Below are positions 25,945 to 39,835 of a stretch of 64,000 bases of DNA, one piece after another. Each line of letters starts with the position of its first letter. Position 1 is the first letter of the stretch. The notes beneath the pieces were generated by a model. That model was not told the DNA's origin. It did not search any database and was given only the letters and a program-made list of their open reading frames with translations. The position numbers and the translations under genes are program-made. Source of the DNA: Felis catus (taxonomy: Eukaryota); the NCBI RefSeq assembly GCF_018350175.1, contig NC_058375.1, forward strand, positions 129,456,001-129,520,000, read 5' to 3'.

Positions 25945-26093
25945 AAGTGATGGTGATAAAGGAGTGTGCTTGTTGTGATTAGTGCCAGGTGCTGTGTGGA
26001 TGTGTTAAATCACTATATTTGTACACCTGAAACAGTATTACACTGTATGTTAACTAACTGTAATTAAATAAAAACTTTTAAAAATAAAATAAA
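25945..26093 (+). mobile_element. Carnivore L1 3'-UTR stub
   Basis: aatcactatatttgtacacctgaaacagtattacactgtatgttaactaactg followed by an A-rich tail. Confidence 0.75.
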
Positions 26094-26719
26094 TACTCTT
26101 TAAACAGGAAAAAAAGTCCAAAATCAGATATTCTTGAACATGGGTATGAAAATCCCAATGAAAGTGAAGTCTTTGTTGTATTCTGTTCTAGCTGAAGATG
26201 TTTTTTCAATGCCTGAATAGAGTTTGGTTCTTTTAGATGCTATAGCCTGTGCTGCCCATCACTAGAATACAGTTCCTTTAGACCACAAGAACTGACTTAG
26301 TTCCACATCAAGTCTGTCATGTACCTCATTTAAAGAGTCCAAAGATTAGTACATAAGAGATTATTCTGGTACTGCTACAAACCTAGCAATGCACAAATGA
26401 AGGCAATTCTCAGTCTTCAAGTCCTCATCCAAGGCAAAGAAATCCAGAACTAAGGACTGCCAAAGAATACAGAAAAGATTCAATGATATTTGAAAGAAGT
26501 GATTATATGGGGGAAAATGTGGTGTCAGCTCCAAAGGATATCAGTTAGGATCAGCCTGTTAAGGAAGTCCATCACCTTGTTCATTTGAAAGGTCTTTTTT
26601 TAAACAAGGGTTAATTTATGCACCATACCTGATTTAGGGAACTCGATGTACAGAAAGTGCCATTTAATATACTGTCTTCTGGAGTTTAGACATTCGCAAT
26701 GTAGCAGTACAAACATCGT

Positions 26720-26803
26720 GTCTTTTTCAAGGTATCACTCTTTCCCATTTAGTGTATTCAGGTCTTTTGCAAGGTATCACTCTTTCCCATTCAGTGTATT
26801 TAA
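26720..26803. repeat. 42-bp tandem duplication (2 copies)
   Basis: caaggtatcactctttcccatt(t/c)agtgtatt at 26728 and 26770. Confidence 0.9.
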
Positions 26804-27972
26804 ACCTTCCTAATTTCCATTTCTCCTTGATCCCTGTGTCTGTGGTATCCTGGTCCTCTATTGGGTACAGCTCTTTCTAGAAGCAACTTTCAACACTCTC
26901 ATGGTGTCAGGCATTCTTCCCTATGCCTCCATGTCTGCTAACAAAGCCCCTTGCTGTGGCAGTGCTTAGGCCTATGAAAGCTGCCTCCTAGAGAAAGTTT
27001 CTCCCTCTCTTTACCTGGATGTTAGTGTGACCAACACTGAGAACTGAAGCTGTCTCGACTGCTTCCAAAACTTGTGCATGGGGGCCCTGTGTGGACCCAA
27101 ATCTCTAGCATGTGCTGTTCAAATACAATACAATACAGAAATATCTTAGTAGTTAACTAATGGGGAGCCAATATGAATCCAATTTGTGTGGTTTTCAGGG
27201 GGCTGGAGGTAGTGATACAGAATGTGTGAGGCAATTGGGACTGGCAGCACTATCTTTTCTACTAGAGATACCTGGGTCAGAGGAAAGTCAGTCATGAGCT
27301 AGGACTAGAAAAAACTGGGCCTCTTACCATGAGGCTGGGAGGCAGAAGTCTGACTGAATGAGTATTACAGTTTCACAAGGAGGAAACTAAAGACCCTTCC
27401 ATAGGTCGGGCAAGTTATAGAGTCCCTTCCACAGGTCTGGCCTGCACTAGGCCTGACACAACCACAAAGACAGAGAAGCAGGTGCTGTTCTTTCTTTAGG
27501 TCTTGTGGATAAGGGGGAATTGACTGTCTTAATTCTTGACTCCCCCATTTTCTGTTGTTTGGATGTTTTCACGGGTCTCACTTTTACCAAAAGGTATAAT
27601 CTTCATTAAAGTCCATATTTCTTCCAAAACAAAGTCAGAGCACAGATTCAAGATCTGTTTTAGCAGGAGAAAAGAAAAAAGGGAATCTTCTGTAGAGAAG
27701 CTTTCCACTGTCCTCAGGAATACAGAGTTCCCTCCATATTCCTGAACATGGAATGGAATTTGGGGGAACAAATACAGTGCAACCTAACATTTTACTATTA
27801 GAATCTTACCAGTGCTCTGTATGCAGATCTCAGACATGTTCAGATTTAGAAGTGGCAAATGTTCTTTCCACTAATGCCTAAAATGGCCTTTCAATACCAG
27901 CCAAGCTGAACTTGAGTAATTTAAGCCATGCAGCCCACATCTAAGTCCAAACTTTTGGGCAAAGGACCTTGA

Positions 27973-28146
27973 CAGAACTGGTTACATAATTTGTGAGGTC
28001 AAGTGCAAAATGGAAATGCAGGGCTTTGTTCCAAACTTAGTAAGAATTTCAACAAGATGATATCAATGCATGAAACCTAGTATGGGCCCATCAAGTAGCA
28101 GAGCTCTGTGTGACTGCACTGGTTGTATACTCATGATCCCAGCCCT
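27973..28146 (-). mobile_element. MER45A-like hAT-Tip100 element
   Basis: cagaactggttacataatttgtgaggtcaagtgcaaaatggaaatgcagggc...catgatcccagccct. Confidence 0.6.
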
Positions 28147-28514
28147 ATACTATGGTGGCCCATATGCGGTTTGTAGACCTAGCACCCCTTTGCCTGACTC
28201 CAGCCAACTTTATTATTAATGAACTCAATAGAAAACTTCACATAGGTGTGAGGCAAATTGGGTTTCACAATACTGAGTCTTCATAAGACTGACAGTTCTA
28301 GTCACAAATATCAAGGGGAAACTACAGACTGGCCCCCATTAAAATAGAACCTTTGTTGTTAAGCTTAACACATGACCAAGAGCTGACCAGATAGATTCCA
28401 AAGAGAAGGAAAAGATTAAGGGACTGAGTTCTTTGAAGCTCTTTAGTGAGGTAGGTCACTGTCCCCCTGGGAAGATATAAGTGTATAGGGGTGGAAAGAT
28501 ACCAAGTGATTTCT

Positions 28515-28723
28515 TAAATGTTTATTTATTTTTGAGAGACAGAGAGAGGGGAGAGAGAGAGAGCATGAGAGGGGCCAAGAGAGAGAGGGAGACAGAATCT
28601 GAAGTAGGCTCCAGGCTCTGAGCTGTCATCACAGAGCCTGACGCGAGGCTTGAACCCACGAACCGTAAGATCATGACCTGAGCCAAAGTTGACGCCCAAC
28701 TGAAAGAGCCACCCAGGCGCCCT
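28515..28723 (-). mobile_element. Can-SINE
   Basis: Reverse head cacccaggcgccc; TSD gtgatttct. Confidence 0.95.
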
Positions 28724-31700
28724 GTGATTTCTCTTCTTACAGAAACCTGAAACTAGGGAAGGAAAAATCTCACCCTAGCTCCTAAGATCCCTAGACGGCT
28801 ACCACAATGTTTGGCATGCTGTAGATATTTAATAAATATTGTTTAAAGAAGGGATGTCCCATGACTCAGAAACATGTAACTTGGCTTACAACAGAATCCC
28901 AGGAACACCTCTTTATTCTCCACCAATCCATTTTATCTCCACCAGCAGCATAGCATTAGATGACAACATGATTCCTTGCATATGTTATGAATTCCTTTCT
29001 CTCATCATTGTGTGGATTTTCCATTCTTGGCTTCCTAGACAGCAGCTTCTTCTAATCCCTGTTCTCAGTCAATGTGCAAGACAATGTGCTGGACAGGAAA
29101 TGAAGAAGACTCAGTGTGAGTCTAGGCTTTGACTCTGGTTTGCCCAGGAATTCAGGACAACCAACTAACCTCTTAGCTTTAATTTTCTACTACAGAGTAA
29201 GGGAGTTGATTCACAAGCATAGCTTTCCATATTCACATTTCCCAGCAATTTGTGTGTCTAAAGCCCAGGATCTCCAAGGAAAAAAGAGGAACTTCTTACT
29301 TTAGATAAAAAATATATGTTTACAGCATTCTGTATTAGATTGAATATTTAAAATAGATCATCAGAGATCTATTTAAAATCCTACTAAAAGTATTTGCTAT
29401 TAGGTAAAGGAGACAGAGGATTTACTATAATAATACATAACAAGATAATTCCTCATATTCCAAAAGATCCTAGATAAATCATCACTAGTAATATTTTCAA
29501 TACATAGCATATCACACTTAACAAATGTTGAACAAAAATTAGTTCTTGGTAATTGTTACAAAATCCCACCAATCCCCATAGACAACTTTGTGTCCCAACA
29601 GCAGCCATTCATACTACTGGAGGAGAGCCAGTGCATCAAGTGGTGATGGCTCTACTATCCTACTGTCCTGAGTAGTAGAAATGTGATGGAGAGAGGACCA
29701 CTCTCACAGTGCTATTAGGAGTTTTCCCATGAGGTCAAGGCTGACTCAGGGCAAAATTGTGAAACAGGTCAAGTTTTTTTCTTTGGAACTCTTCTCATGT
29801 CCCATGAACAATTCTTCTTGGCCACTTCCCTGGTGGCAGTGCTTCCTTCAAGATCAATAAGCGTAAGATAGTACTGTCACTAGTATATCATGGCACATTC
29901 CAGTATGTGATTTACAACAAGGGATGGAAAGGTAAGTGGATAAAGTTCTTTGGGCTTTATATTTTGTACGTCTGGATAATTTTGCTGCTTGTTACTCTGT
30001 AAAATCTGGATAGCAGAAAGCAGACGGCCTACCTCTTAGATTCAAATGAAAAAGGAAATGATGTAACAGGTTATTATGTCCATTAGTGGTATGACAGAAG
30101 ACATTTGGGTATGACAGAAGAATATGGGCTCCCTCAAGAGGGAGAAGCATAGTCCACAAGCTTAACTGCAGACAAATCTCTTTTATGTCTCCTCCTCCTA
30201 AATCAGAGTAGATCTTAAATATGTACTCTGACATTTTAAAAATTAAAGGCAAAATAACTCACTCATACCAAGCTAAGAAATTAATGTGGGTAATATTTGA
30301 TTATTAATGCCATTTTGAGTAGAAAATAAAAGAACTTTGCTAAAAGCCTTTCTGTCTAAAGTTTCTCTTGAATTTTCTTTATTTTCCTCATTGTCTTATA
30401 AAAAGAACCAATTAATTTGGAGTCTAAGAAGGAGTTGGGACTCTCCCATAATACCTGGACAACAATGCTCCAAAAACAGATACAGACTATTTCTCCCTGG
30501 GATGGTTTTATTATTGAAATTTCCACCTACAGTGGTTCCTCTTCCCTGTAACAGGCCCTATTTTTTACCACAAAATAGGCCAAAGATTTCAGTAACCTTA
30601 ATACGAAGCTTGTTAGACTTAATTACATTTATCATGTTCTTTTACATCAGATTATGGAAGCAAAGCTACATCGCAGTAGCCAGACCCAAGGATTCAGGCA
30701 AATGTCTGTAACGTCTCTACAATTCATCTTTCCCTGCCACTAAGTACTCTATACTGCCCATCTGGTTAGATTGTAGTTCCTCTACTTTTTGTTCCACATC
30801 TCAATTTGGACACTAAGCTAATTTTTAGTGTGTCTTAACTTTTTTTTTTTTTTGAAGTAATTCCAGTTCTTATAAGTGTACACTCTCTTTCCTCCTCCTT
30901 TCAAAATATTTTTCAGGCATCGTTTTCTACTTCCTTCCACCTTAGGATAAGATTACTCCTCACCTACTCCAGTGTTCAAGGCAATGGGCAGCTATGTATT
31001 TAAATTAATCTCATTTAATTTATGCAATCCCATGCAAAGCAATGAGGCAGAAGTGCTAAAGTCTGGTATGTTTGGAAGGCTAGGACTTCCACTGTGTCTT
31101 TTTCACCCTGGACCCTATGCCACTGTTCCTCCTGAGGTGTCCAGCATACTCATTCAGGCTTTCTGCTTTCTCTACTCAATGACAGAGACCTAATAACATT
31201 GAGCACACTGACATGGTGGTGGCCTAATGTAGCCTTTCTATCAGGAATCTTAGCTTCAATAGAAAAAGATTTAGGAAGAACTGAGAGTTATGCTTAATTA
31301 AAAAGGCATACATCACTAGTCTTTAGAACAAAGTAGATGGAAGGTCACTGAGGAAGGCAACTTCTTATTTCCTCTACTTACCAAATTAAATCTGCTTGAT
31401 TATTGATCTACCTAATGGTCACTTGGGCTCCATTTGCAAGGAAGCATTCAAAAAACTAGTAGAGCGTATAGAATAAGTAGAAGTTTTGAAGAATACATTT
31501 GCCAGCCTTCTTATTTTACTTCAAGCCTTTCCCATTTCCCAGCCTTTTAAAATAGAAACTCCAGAGTAAATTACAACACAGAATTAAACAGCCTCAAGCA
31601 GAAGCACAGGCAGCTGAAATTTGGAAAGAGTGGTAAAACAGTATAAAGTAGTGACAAAATCCAAAGATAAGAAATGGTTTGGAAGGTGTACTGTATTGTT

Positions 31701-31790
31701 GTGTTTTATTTAGAGATTCAAGAAAATTTCTCTTTGACAATCTCTCTTTTTTCCCCCTTCCTTTTCTTTTCTTTCCCTTGCTTCCTCCTC

Positions 31791-31862
31791 CTTCCTTCCT
31801 TCCTTCCTTCCTTCCTTCCTTCCTTCCTTCCTTCCTTCCTTCCTTCCTTCCTTCCTTCCTTC
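31791..31862. repeat. (CTTC)18 microsatellite within a pyrimidine tract
   Basis: Direct count. Confidence 0.97.
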
Positions 31863-32669
31863 TTTACCCCTCCCTCCCTTCTATTCCCCATTCTCCCTCC
31901 TGCTCTCTTTCTCTTAGCAAAAGAGTAATGCAGCGCTGGGCTCAGAATTTGTTGGATCTTGAGTCCTAGTGATCTTGATCAGCTAGATGTATTGGCAACT
32001 TTAGCACTGCAAGAGTGAAAGTTCTTTGTCTCTGTTTCTTGCTGCCTGCATAGACTGTGTTCTAGAGATGGAAAGACCACTGTCAGGTTGGATGACTCAC
32101 TGAAATAAATCTGATGTGCTCCATGCAAGCAGAAACTGATCTCCAAGTAACAACACCAAACTTCAGGCCAGAAGTTAGGAAGGAGAAGCACAAATGAGAT
32201 AATGAGTAAATACCTATCAAGATAAAATGGACAATAGTGTAAGCTACATACATAGCTATATGGCTTCTGGGTGTTGAAAATAGGCCTAGGAAACATTCAT
32301 GTAAATTTTAACAAAGGAATGATGAAGAATGTCTTAAAAGACTATTGTCTAACTCTGTTATTCTATTCCATCATTTGGGCAACTGTCCTGGTACAAGCCT
32401 CTACCATATTTCCATGGGCCTAGCTACTTTAACAGTGTCCCCAACTCCCATGAGCCTACCTTCCTGTCCATGTTGTCACCAGGATGTCTGTAAAACACAA
32501 ATCCAGTTGTGACACTCTGCTGTTTAATCTCTCCAATGGCTGGTTATCACATACAGGATTAAACTCAAACTCCTTAGGAAGGACTTGGCCTACATGTATC
32601 CAATATCAAGGTTCTATCAATATACTCATCCTTCCATATGCATATTCTGTTATCTTAAACCTGTAGGTC

Positions 32670-33350
32670 TTTTCTTTAACTTTTAAATTTTAAACCAAAG
32701 ACTTATAGAAAAGTTGAAAAAATAGTAAATTCTTTCCATATATTCCTTACTCCCTCTAACGTGTTACATAAAAACAGTCCATTTATCAAGTAATTCACAT
32801 TGAGATAACATTATTAACTAAATTAGATGAACTCATTCAAATTTTGTGAGTTTTTCACTAACATTTTTTGCTATTCCAAATCATATTTAGGATCCCACCT
32901 TGCATTGAGTAATTGCTTCTTAGTCTCCTGCAGTCTGTAACAGTTCCTCAGTCTTTCCTTATCTTTCATGACCTTGTCCATTTTAAAGAGTATGGACCAG
33001 TTGTTTTGCTGAATGTCCTTCAGTTTTGGTTTGCCTGATGTGTTCTCATGTTTGGACTGAAGTTATGTGGTTTTGGTAAGAACAACACAGAAATGTTGTG
33101 TTCTTATCAGTGCATCATATCATGGGGTTCACAATGTTGATATGTCCTACTATTGGTGATATTGACCTCTATCTATCAGAAGATGGTTTCTGCAGGACTG
33201 TTTTTTTCCTGTAAAATTTCTATCATTGCCTTTGTAGTTAATATATATCTTGGCAGACATACTTTGAGACTATGTAAATCTTGTTTGTTCTAAAGCTTTT
33301 ACCCACTAATTTTAGCATCCAACAGTGAATCTTGTCTACATCAATTATTA
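32670..33350 (-). mobile_element. Old L1 (L1MC-like) 3' end inserted in an L2 fragment (~32380-33725)
   Basis: ttttaaattttaaaccaaagacttatagaaaagttgaaaaaatagt; L2 3' end with aatgaatgaatgaat at ~33712. Confidence 0.6.
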
Positions 33351-35689
33351 CTGATGCGTGATCTCATTCTCATTTTTTTCCCCTTTGCCTTAAATATCTA
33401 TCACCACTTTTTCCTCATGGTCAATTTGTACTCATCCTGCACATCTCAGTTCCAGATTGTTTCATTGTTTCTCTTCTGTGAAACCTTTCCAGACCGCCCC
33501 AGGCAGATGAAGAATTCCCTTCGCCTCACTTCCTTAGCAGCCCACACATAGCTACATAATACACATCACTATGTTTGTTGGCTGTTTTTCTTTTCCTGTG
33601 AATCACCCCACATGAACTTCTTGGGGGTAACTACACTGTCTCAGCATTTTTTCTGCCATTTTTTTCTGCAGTGTTGGGTCTATAATAGACGTTCAATATG
33701 TTTGGAGAATAAATGAATGAATGAATACATCTGTTGTATTCTTTCCAAAATTCATTTCCAGGCTGAATAATTTAGAATTTTTATTGTTACAGTTAAAGAA
33801 TAGTGCTCATTTCTAAATACATAATTCTGATTTTCTGCCAAAATTTTACCCCTTTGAGAAATTTACTTCATCATGTTCCTGGCAGAATCCTTACTTAATC
33901 CTTGAAAAACAAAACTAAAATCCTGCTTGCTGCTTTTTTTTTTCCTACCTCCCCTTGTCACGCGATGGCCTATCTTTTCCTCTTCTACTGTGATTCAGTT
34001 TGTAAGTATATTTTTTCAGGGGCAGAAGAGAAGAAACTGCTCTTTTATTCTTTTTGCTAAGCTGCTAGGTGTTTCCTACTCTGATCCTGATGCATAAGCT
34101 TCCTTAATCCTTGGTGATACTTTTCCTCCTGTGTGTTTGCTTTATTCTGTAAATTCAAAGGAGGTTTTCTAAAACTGCCTTTATTTCCATGAAGAAGCAA
34201 AACAAACAATGGAAATTGACTTTTTGGCTAACAGTTCTCATTATTATTATTACATAATCAGTGATTTGAATCATTAATGTAGGAAACCAGGCATGCATGT
34301 GGATGAATAGCTTGCCTGGCTACATTCCCATAGACATGTCAACAGTAACTAACATAATTGTAGATGCTAAAAGGAACTTGTCCTCCATTATCATTATCAG
34401 CAGCAGCAGCATCTTGTCATTGAAACCTGTACCACATTGTGCAGTCTGCACAGAACCATACGTATTGTTCTTAATCAGTAACATCGCTCTTTTGAACCCT
34501 CTTATCACTTAGAACGAACCCTTATAATACCTCATTTTGGTAGTTATGTTAGACTGCATTGTAGCCATCTGGAGTTGTTATCTCATCCTTCTCAATCCAC
34601 TGTCTCCCTACCCACACTAGACCAGGAATTCTTTAAAGTCTGAAACTGAGGTTCATACCCTCTTTATCATTAGTGCCTACTGCTATGCTGAGCGCATAAT
34701 AGGAGCTCAGAAGTATTTATGGAATTCAACTGCTTTTCTTCCATCTAAAACAGAAAACAAAGAAACAGAGAAGTTGAGGAAGGGTGTGTAGGAATGAACA
34801 ATTATAGCATCAGAACTTTTTTTTCATTGATACAATGTTATTGATGAGCACATGTTAAATAGAACAAGGTTTCTAGAAGTTCTGAGAAGTTAGAGAAAGA
34901 AATCAACAATTGACATTTTAACAAAAAACATGGACTACAGAATCAGACCTGAAAATACAAAAGATTCATTTGGATTTAATTTATGTAACACTTTTCTAAT
35001 GGTGGGTGATATTCAACCAAAGAAACAGTCTAAATGTCATTCTCTTTACCTCCAGAGCAGTATTAATTTTAAGAATCTACCTCCTCTTAATTCTCATTGA
35101 CAATGTCTTAGTTCTGATCCTCTTTTTTTTTTATCAAGATAATTGCACTACCTTCAAATGATTCTCCTGCTTCCAGTTTTTTCTCCCTTCAATTCTTAAG
35201 AGATGGCTCCCATTGATCATAAGACCAAGTTCTAGTTCTTTATCATGGCATATGAGATGCTTCAATTTTGGCTATCAATCTATTTTATTAGACTTTTCTC
35301 TTACCATCCTCCTTATGCAAAGCTATATTCTAGCCACATAAAACTTCACAAATCTCCAGGAAGGAGTATAACATGTTTTTTTTTTTTTAGCTTTTTACAC
35401 ATTTCCTAATGCTGTTTCTACAAACAAAAATTCCTATCATTTTCATCTGATCCTCCCAAGACCCAAGTGAAAAAAAAAAAAACAACTACACACACACACA
35501 CGCACCCCTCAGTGATATATTCCCTAAATTTACAAAGCAGAATTAATCTCTCCATCATTTGCCATAAAAGTTGGTCTGTACCTTTTTATAGCATTTCTCA
35601 TATTGTTTAGAATTCTTTGCCTGTAAAAATTATATTCCCTAAAGCTAACAGTTATTCATCTCTGCATCACCAACACCTAGAAAGAGATT

Positions 35690-36075
35690 TTAGTAGGCTG
35701 TGCTGATATAACAAATTCTGAAATATCTGTGGTCTATCATAATGAGAGTTTAATGTTCACTCATGACAGACCAATATGACAGGGAGAGGAGAGGAGTTTT
35801 TGTTCCACATAGTTACTCAGGGATCAAGGCTCTTTATATCTTATGATACCACCATCTTCAACGTGTGAAGTTCAAGTGTGCCACAGAAACATTAAGTAGA
35901 AGATCGCATGTGGGAGATTTTTATGGATGAGACCTAGAAGTATCATACAAAACATTAAATCAAATTCCATTGCTGTAACTTGTTCACTGACCCAAACTAA
36001 TTTCAAAGGGCCTGAGAAATGTAGTTTATCTGTGCGCCCAGAAAAAAAGAAAAGAAACGTGGATGTTAGAGAGCA
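35690..36075 (-). mobile_element. Old MLT1 LTR
   Basis: gtaggctgtgctgatataacaaattctgaaatatctgtggtct. Confidence 0.55.
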
Positions 36076-36184
36076 CAGCATTCTCTGTCAACATGTGCAG
36101 TAAATAGGTGCAGAATAAGTACAATGAAAGAACTGTTTCTAATCTGAAGCCATTGTGATGGATTCAAAGGGACAAAGAAAATCA

Positions 36185-36375
36185 TTTTTGAACAAGAAAG
36201 TCCTGGTTTCAGACTATAGCAATTCAAGCCATTTACTAACTCTGTAGTCATGGCAAATATTTAAAGCTCTCTAAGCTTTAAGTTCCTCATCCATAAGTGA
36301 AGTTAATACAGAGATTAATTGAGGTAATACATGAAAAGCATCTGGCACATTTGAAAAGCTATTTAATAATTATCT
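36185..36375 (+). mobile_element. MIR
   Basis: atttactaactctgtagtcatggcaaatatttaaagctctctaagctttaagttcctcatc. Confidence 0.6.
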
Positions 36376-36554
36376 ATATTTCATTCAAATCATTTTTTTT
36401 TTGCCTTAGAATCTGCATTGTGCTAGTACAAAGTGCTAAGTATCAAGACTAAGAAAATCTCTTAAAAATATTCCTTACCTTTAGGGAATTTACAGACCAG
36501 TTGTTGGGGCATAATAATAGATAAGAAAATATACCATTTAAAATACATTGTGAT

Positions 36555-37110
36555 AGGTAGGCTTTTCACAACAGAGGCTATCAAAATATCCAGTAAACAA
36601 ATAAAAAAGTACACACATCATTAGTTACCAGAAAAATGTAACTTAGAACCACAATAAGTTCCTATGACATACTCACCAGAATGAGTAAAATTAAAAAGAT
36701 GAGCAATACTAAGTGTTGGCAAGTATATGGAACAACTGTAAACTTCTTACGTAGCCAGGAGAGTGTAAATTGATCCCATCACATAGAAAAAAAGTTTTAC
36801 AGTACAGTACTAAATATTAAGAAACACATATCCCATGATCTACCAATCTCACTCCAGACATCTGCCCACAGGAATGTGTGTTTATGTCCATCATGCCAGA
36901 CAGGAGTGTCCACAGCATTTTTACTCATAAAAACCCTACTGAAAAGAAACCAAATTTTCTGGGAAATGTTCTGGTGAAAGGAAGTGTCCTATACCTTGAT
37001 ATAGATACAGATTACACAGTACATGCATTTGTCAGGACTGTTAGAACTCACACCTAAGATCTGTACATTTCAAAGTATATAAATTATGCCTTAATAATAA
37101 CAATTACAAT
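36555..37110 (+). mobile_element. Old L1 (L1ME-like) ORF2 3' end and UTR fragment
   Basis: accagaatgagtaaaattaaaaagatgagcaatactaagtgttggcaag. Confidence 0.65.
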
Positions 37111-38120
37111 AATGATAAAGTAACGAAGTATAAAGCAGATGCTTCCAAATCAGTTACAAGAGTCTCTTATACCTCAGTTTTGGTTGTTTAGAGGATGGCT
37201 CCTATCTTACGATATGCAATAGTCCCTCGTGCATCCAAAGAAATTTTATTAATAGCACATTATCTCAATAATTGTTTCAACATTGTTAAAGTCATTATTA
37301 TTGAAAAGCCATCCCCAGTTTTATCTTCTAGATAATCTAGTTCTTTAACGGCCCCCTGGAACCACTATTGTGAGTTCTGCATACTACCTAGACTATATTT
37401 TAAGGCAGACCACCTAAACATACCATCCATTTTGGGTAAGAACCCAGACCACCATCTTGAATTACATATATATTAATCTTCTTCATAAAAAAGGTACTCT
37501 TTCTCACGTTAGTAGTAAAAAGAAAGAAAAAAGAAAAAGAAAAAAAAAACACCAAGTAGAAAATATTTTGTTGCAAATCTGGCTTAAAATAAGAGGTAAT
37601 GAATTTCCTCAACGTCCTCTAAAGTAGTATCTTTTGAAAACTACATTCTATTCCCTAATTATACGGTAAAATATGAATATAGAAATATTTCAAAATATAA
37701 TAACATAGAAAGGCAAAATTATCACCCAAACTCCTAATCCCAAAAATAACTACTTTAATCTTCTGCTAATAGGTAGACAGATAGATACACAGATATTCTT
37801 TTTAATGCTATTTAGATTAAAAAGTTAGAAGATAAAGAATAAGTATCAGCAAAAAAACATAAAATTTACTCACAATGCCATCACTCAAATGAGGTAGGCA
37901 TCATAGACTTGACACCACAGAAGAATTGCTTGTTTCCTTGGCTGTCCATGTCTTAGGAACAGAAGAATATGTCTGGAGAATAGAAGAATGGAATGTGAAG
38001 GATTTTCCCATCTGGCTCCGTCTGCAATGGAGAATTTTACTTTTATTTTGGCATTATATTAGTTTCTAATTTTAGTTCCTTTTTTCTGAGTTTTCTTCTT
38101 TTACCATTTCTATATTTCTT

Positions 38121-38364
38121 TTTTTAAAGCAATCTTTTTCTTTTTTTAATTTTCTTTTTTTGAATGTTTATTTATTTTTGGGACAGAGAGAGACAGAGCA
38201 TGAACGGGGGAGGGGCAGAGAGAGAGGGAGACACAGAATCGGAAACAGGCTCCAGGCTCTGAGCCATCAGCCCAGAGCCTGACGCAGGGCTCGAACTCAC
38301 GGACCGCGAGATCGTGACCTGGCTGAAGTCGGACGCTTAACCGACTGCGCCACCCAGGCGCCCT
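38121..38364 (-). mobile_element. Young Can-SINE (CpGs intact)
   Basis: Perfect TSD ccatttctatatttctt (38104-38120, 38366-38382). Confidence 0.98.
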
Positions 38365-38999
38365 GCCATTTCTATATTTCTTGTTCTCATATATTTGCAA
38401 GCATATTTTAGTGAGAACTGGGAGAGGCTATCAGGGAAATTGTTTAAGTCAGAAATCTAACAGCTACAGGATGAGGAATCCCAATGAATTAGATACCAAG
38501 TAATATCTACTATCAAACATCATAAGGGTGTCTGTAGCCTGGGTTATTAAGGAAGCTAGAGAGGATATCTGGAAGGTAAAGCCAATGTAAAAAGACTTCT
38601 AAAGGCAAGGAAAAATATGGAGAAAATTGCCCTATTGTATTACACAAAGCAGATTGTGCTTTTGGCCTCCTCACAGATTCCTGAATGAGGAAAGAAAATA
38701 GATTTGGCATACCCACACAGTCTTATTGGAATTAATCTTCCTTTCTACTTAGTGACATTTGTTTCAGATCATTAGCAACTAAGAAGGCAGTGTGTAAGCT
38801 GGCAGGATAATTGAAGTAGAGATTCTTGGTTTACTGTTTCCCACTAAACACCAAGGTCCAAATACTCAGGGATTCTTAAATAGAGGAAAAAGAAGTAACC
38901 TATGGTAAAAATAATGTGAACTTCATCTCAAAAATATAATTTTATTTGATACAGAAAAAATTATTTCATTTCCAAGAGAGGAGGTTGTTTTTTTGCTTG

Positions 39000-39835
39000 T
39001 TTTTTAATTGAGGTAAAATTGTTATATAACATTGTATTAATTTCAGGCATGTGACATAATCATTTGATATTTGTATACACTAAAAGTGACAATCACAGTA
39101 TGTCTAGTTACCATCTATCACCATAAAATTGACCTCCTTAACCCTTTTTCACACCCCCATCCTGCTTCCCCTTTGATAACCACCAATCTGTTCTCTGATT
39201 CTGAGTTTTTTGTTTGTTCGTTTGTTTTTTTTAATTCCATATATAAATGAAATCATGATCTCTCTCTCTCTCTCTCTCTCTCTTTTTGCTTAGCACAATA
39301 CCCTCAAATTCACATCGTTCAAATGACAAGATTTCTTTTTTATGGCTGAGTAGTGTTCCATTGTTTATATACTGCACTTCATCAATTCATCCACTGATGA
39401 ACACTAGAAATTGATCCATTTCTTCAAAATTATCCAGTTTGTTGGCATATAATTGTTCATAGTAGTCTCTTATGATCCTTTATATTTCTGTGGTATTAGT
39501 TGTAACTTCTCTTTCATTTCTAGCTTTATTTATTTGAGCCTTCTCTTTTTTTCTTGGTGAGTCCAGCTAACAATTGTTAATTCTGTTTGATAAAAAGAAA
39601 GATATACAGGCATACCACTAAAGAAAGACACCAAACCAAAAAGAAATAGAGCAGGAGAAGAAAGGAACAGAGAAGAGATTAAAAAAAAAGTCAGAAAACA
39701 ATTAACAAAATGCAATAGGTGCATATTAAATATAATATGAACTAAATATAAATATAAATTTACAAAAAGATTCATCTATATGATTATAAGAGATTCATTT
39801 CAGATCTAAAGACACACAGAGGTTGATTGCTGCCA
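39000..39835. mobile_element. Mosaic of L1 fragments (reverse 3' end and ORF2 piece, then a forward piece), with (CT)n at 39259-39282
   Basis: ttttttaattgaggtaaaattg; ttgttcatagtagtctcttatgatcctttatatttctgtgg. Confidence 0.6.
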
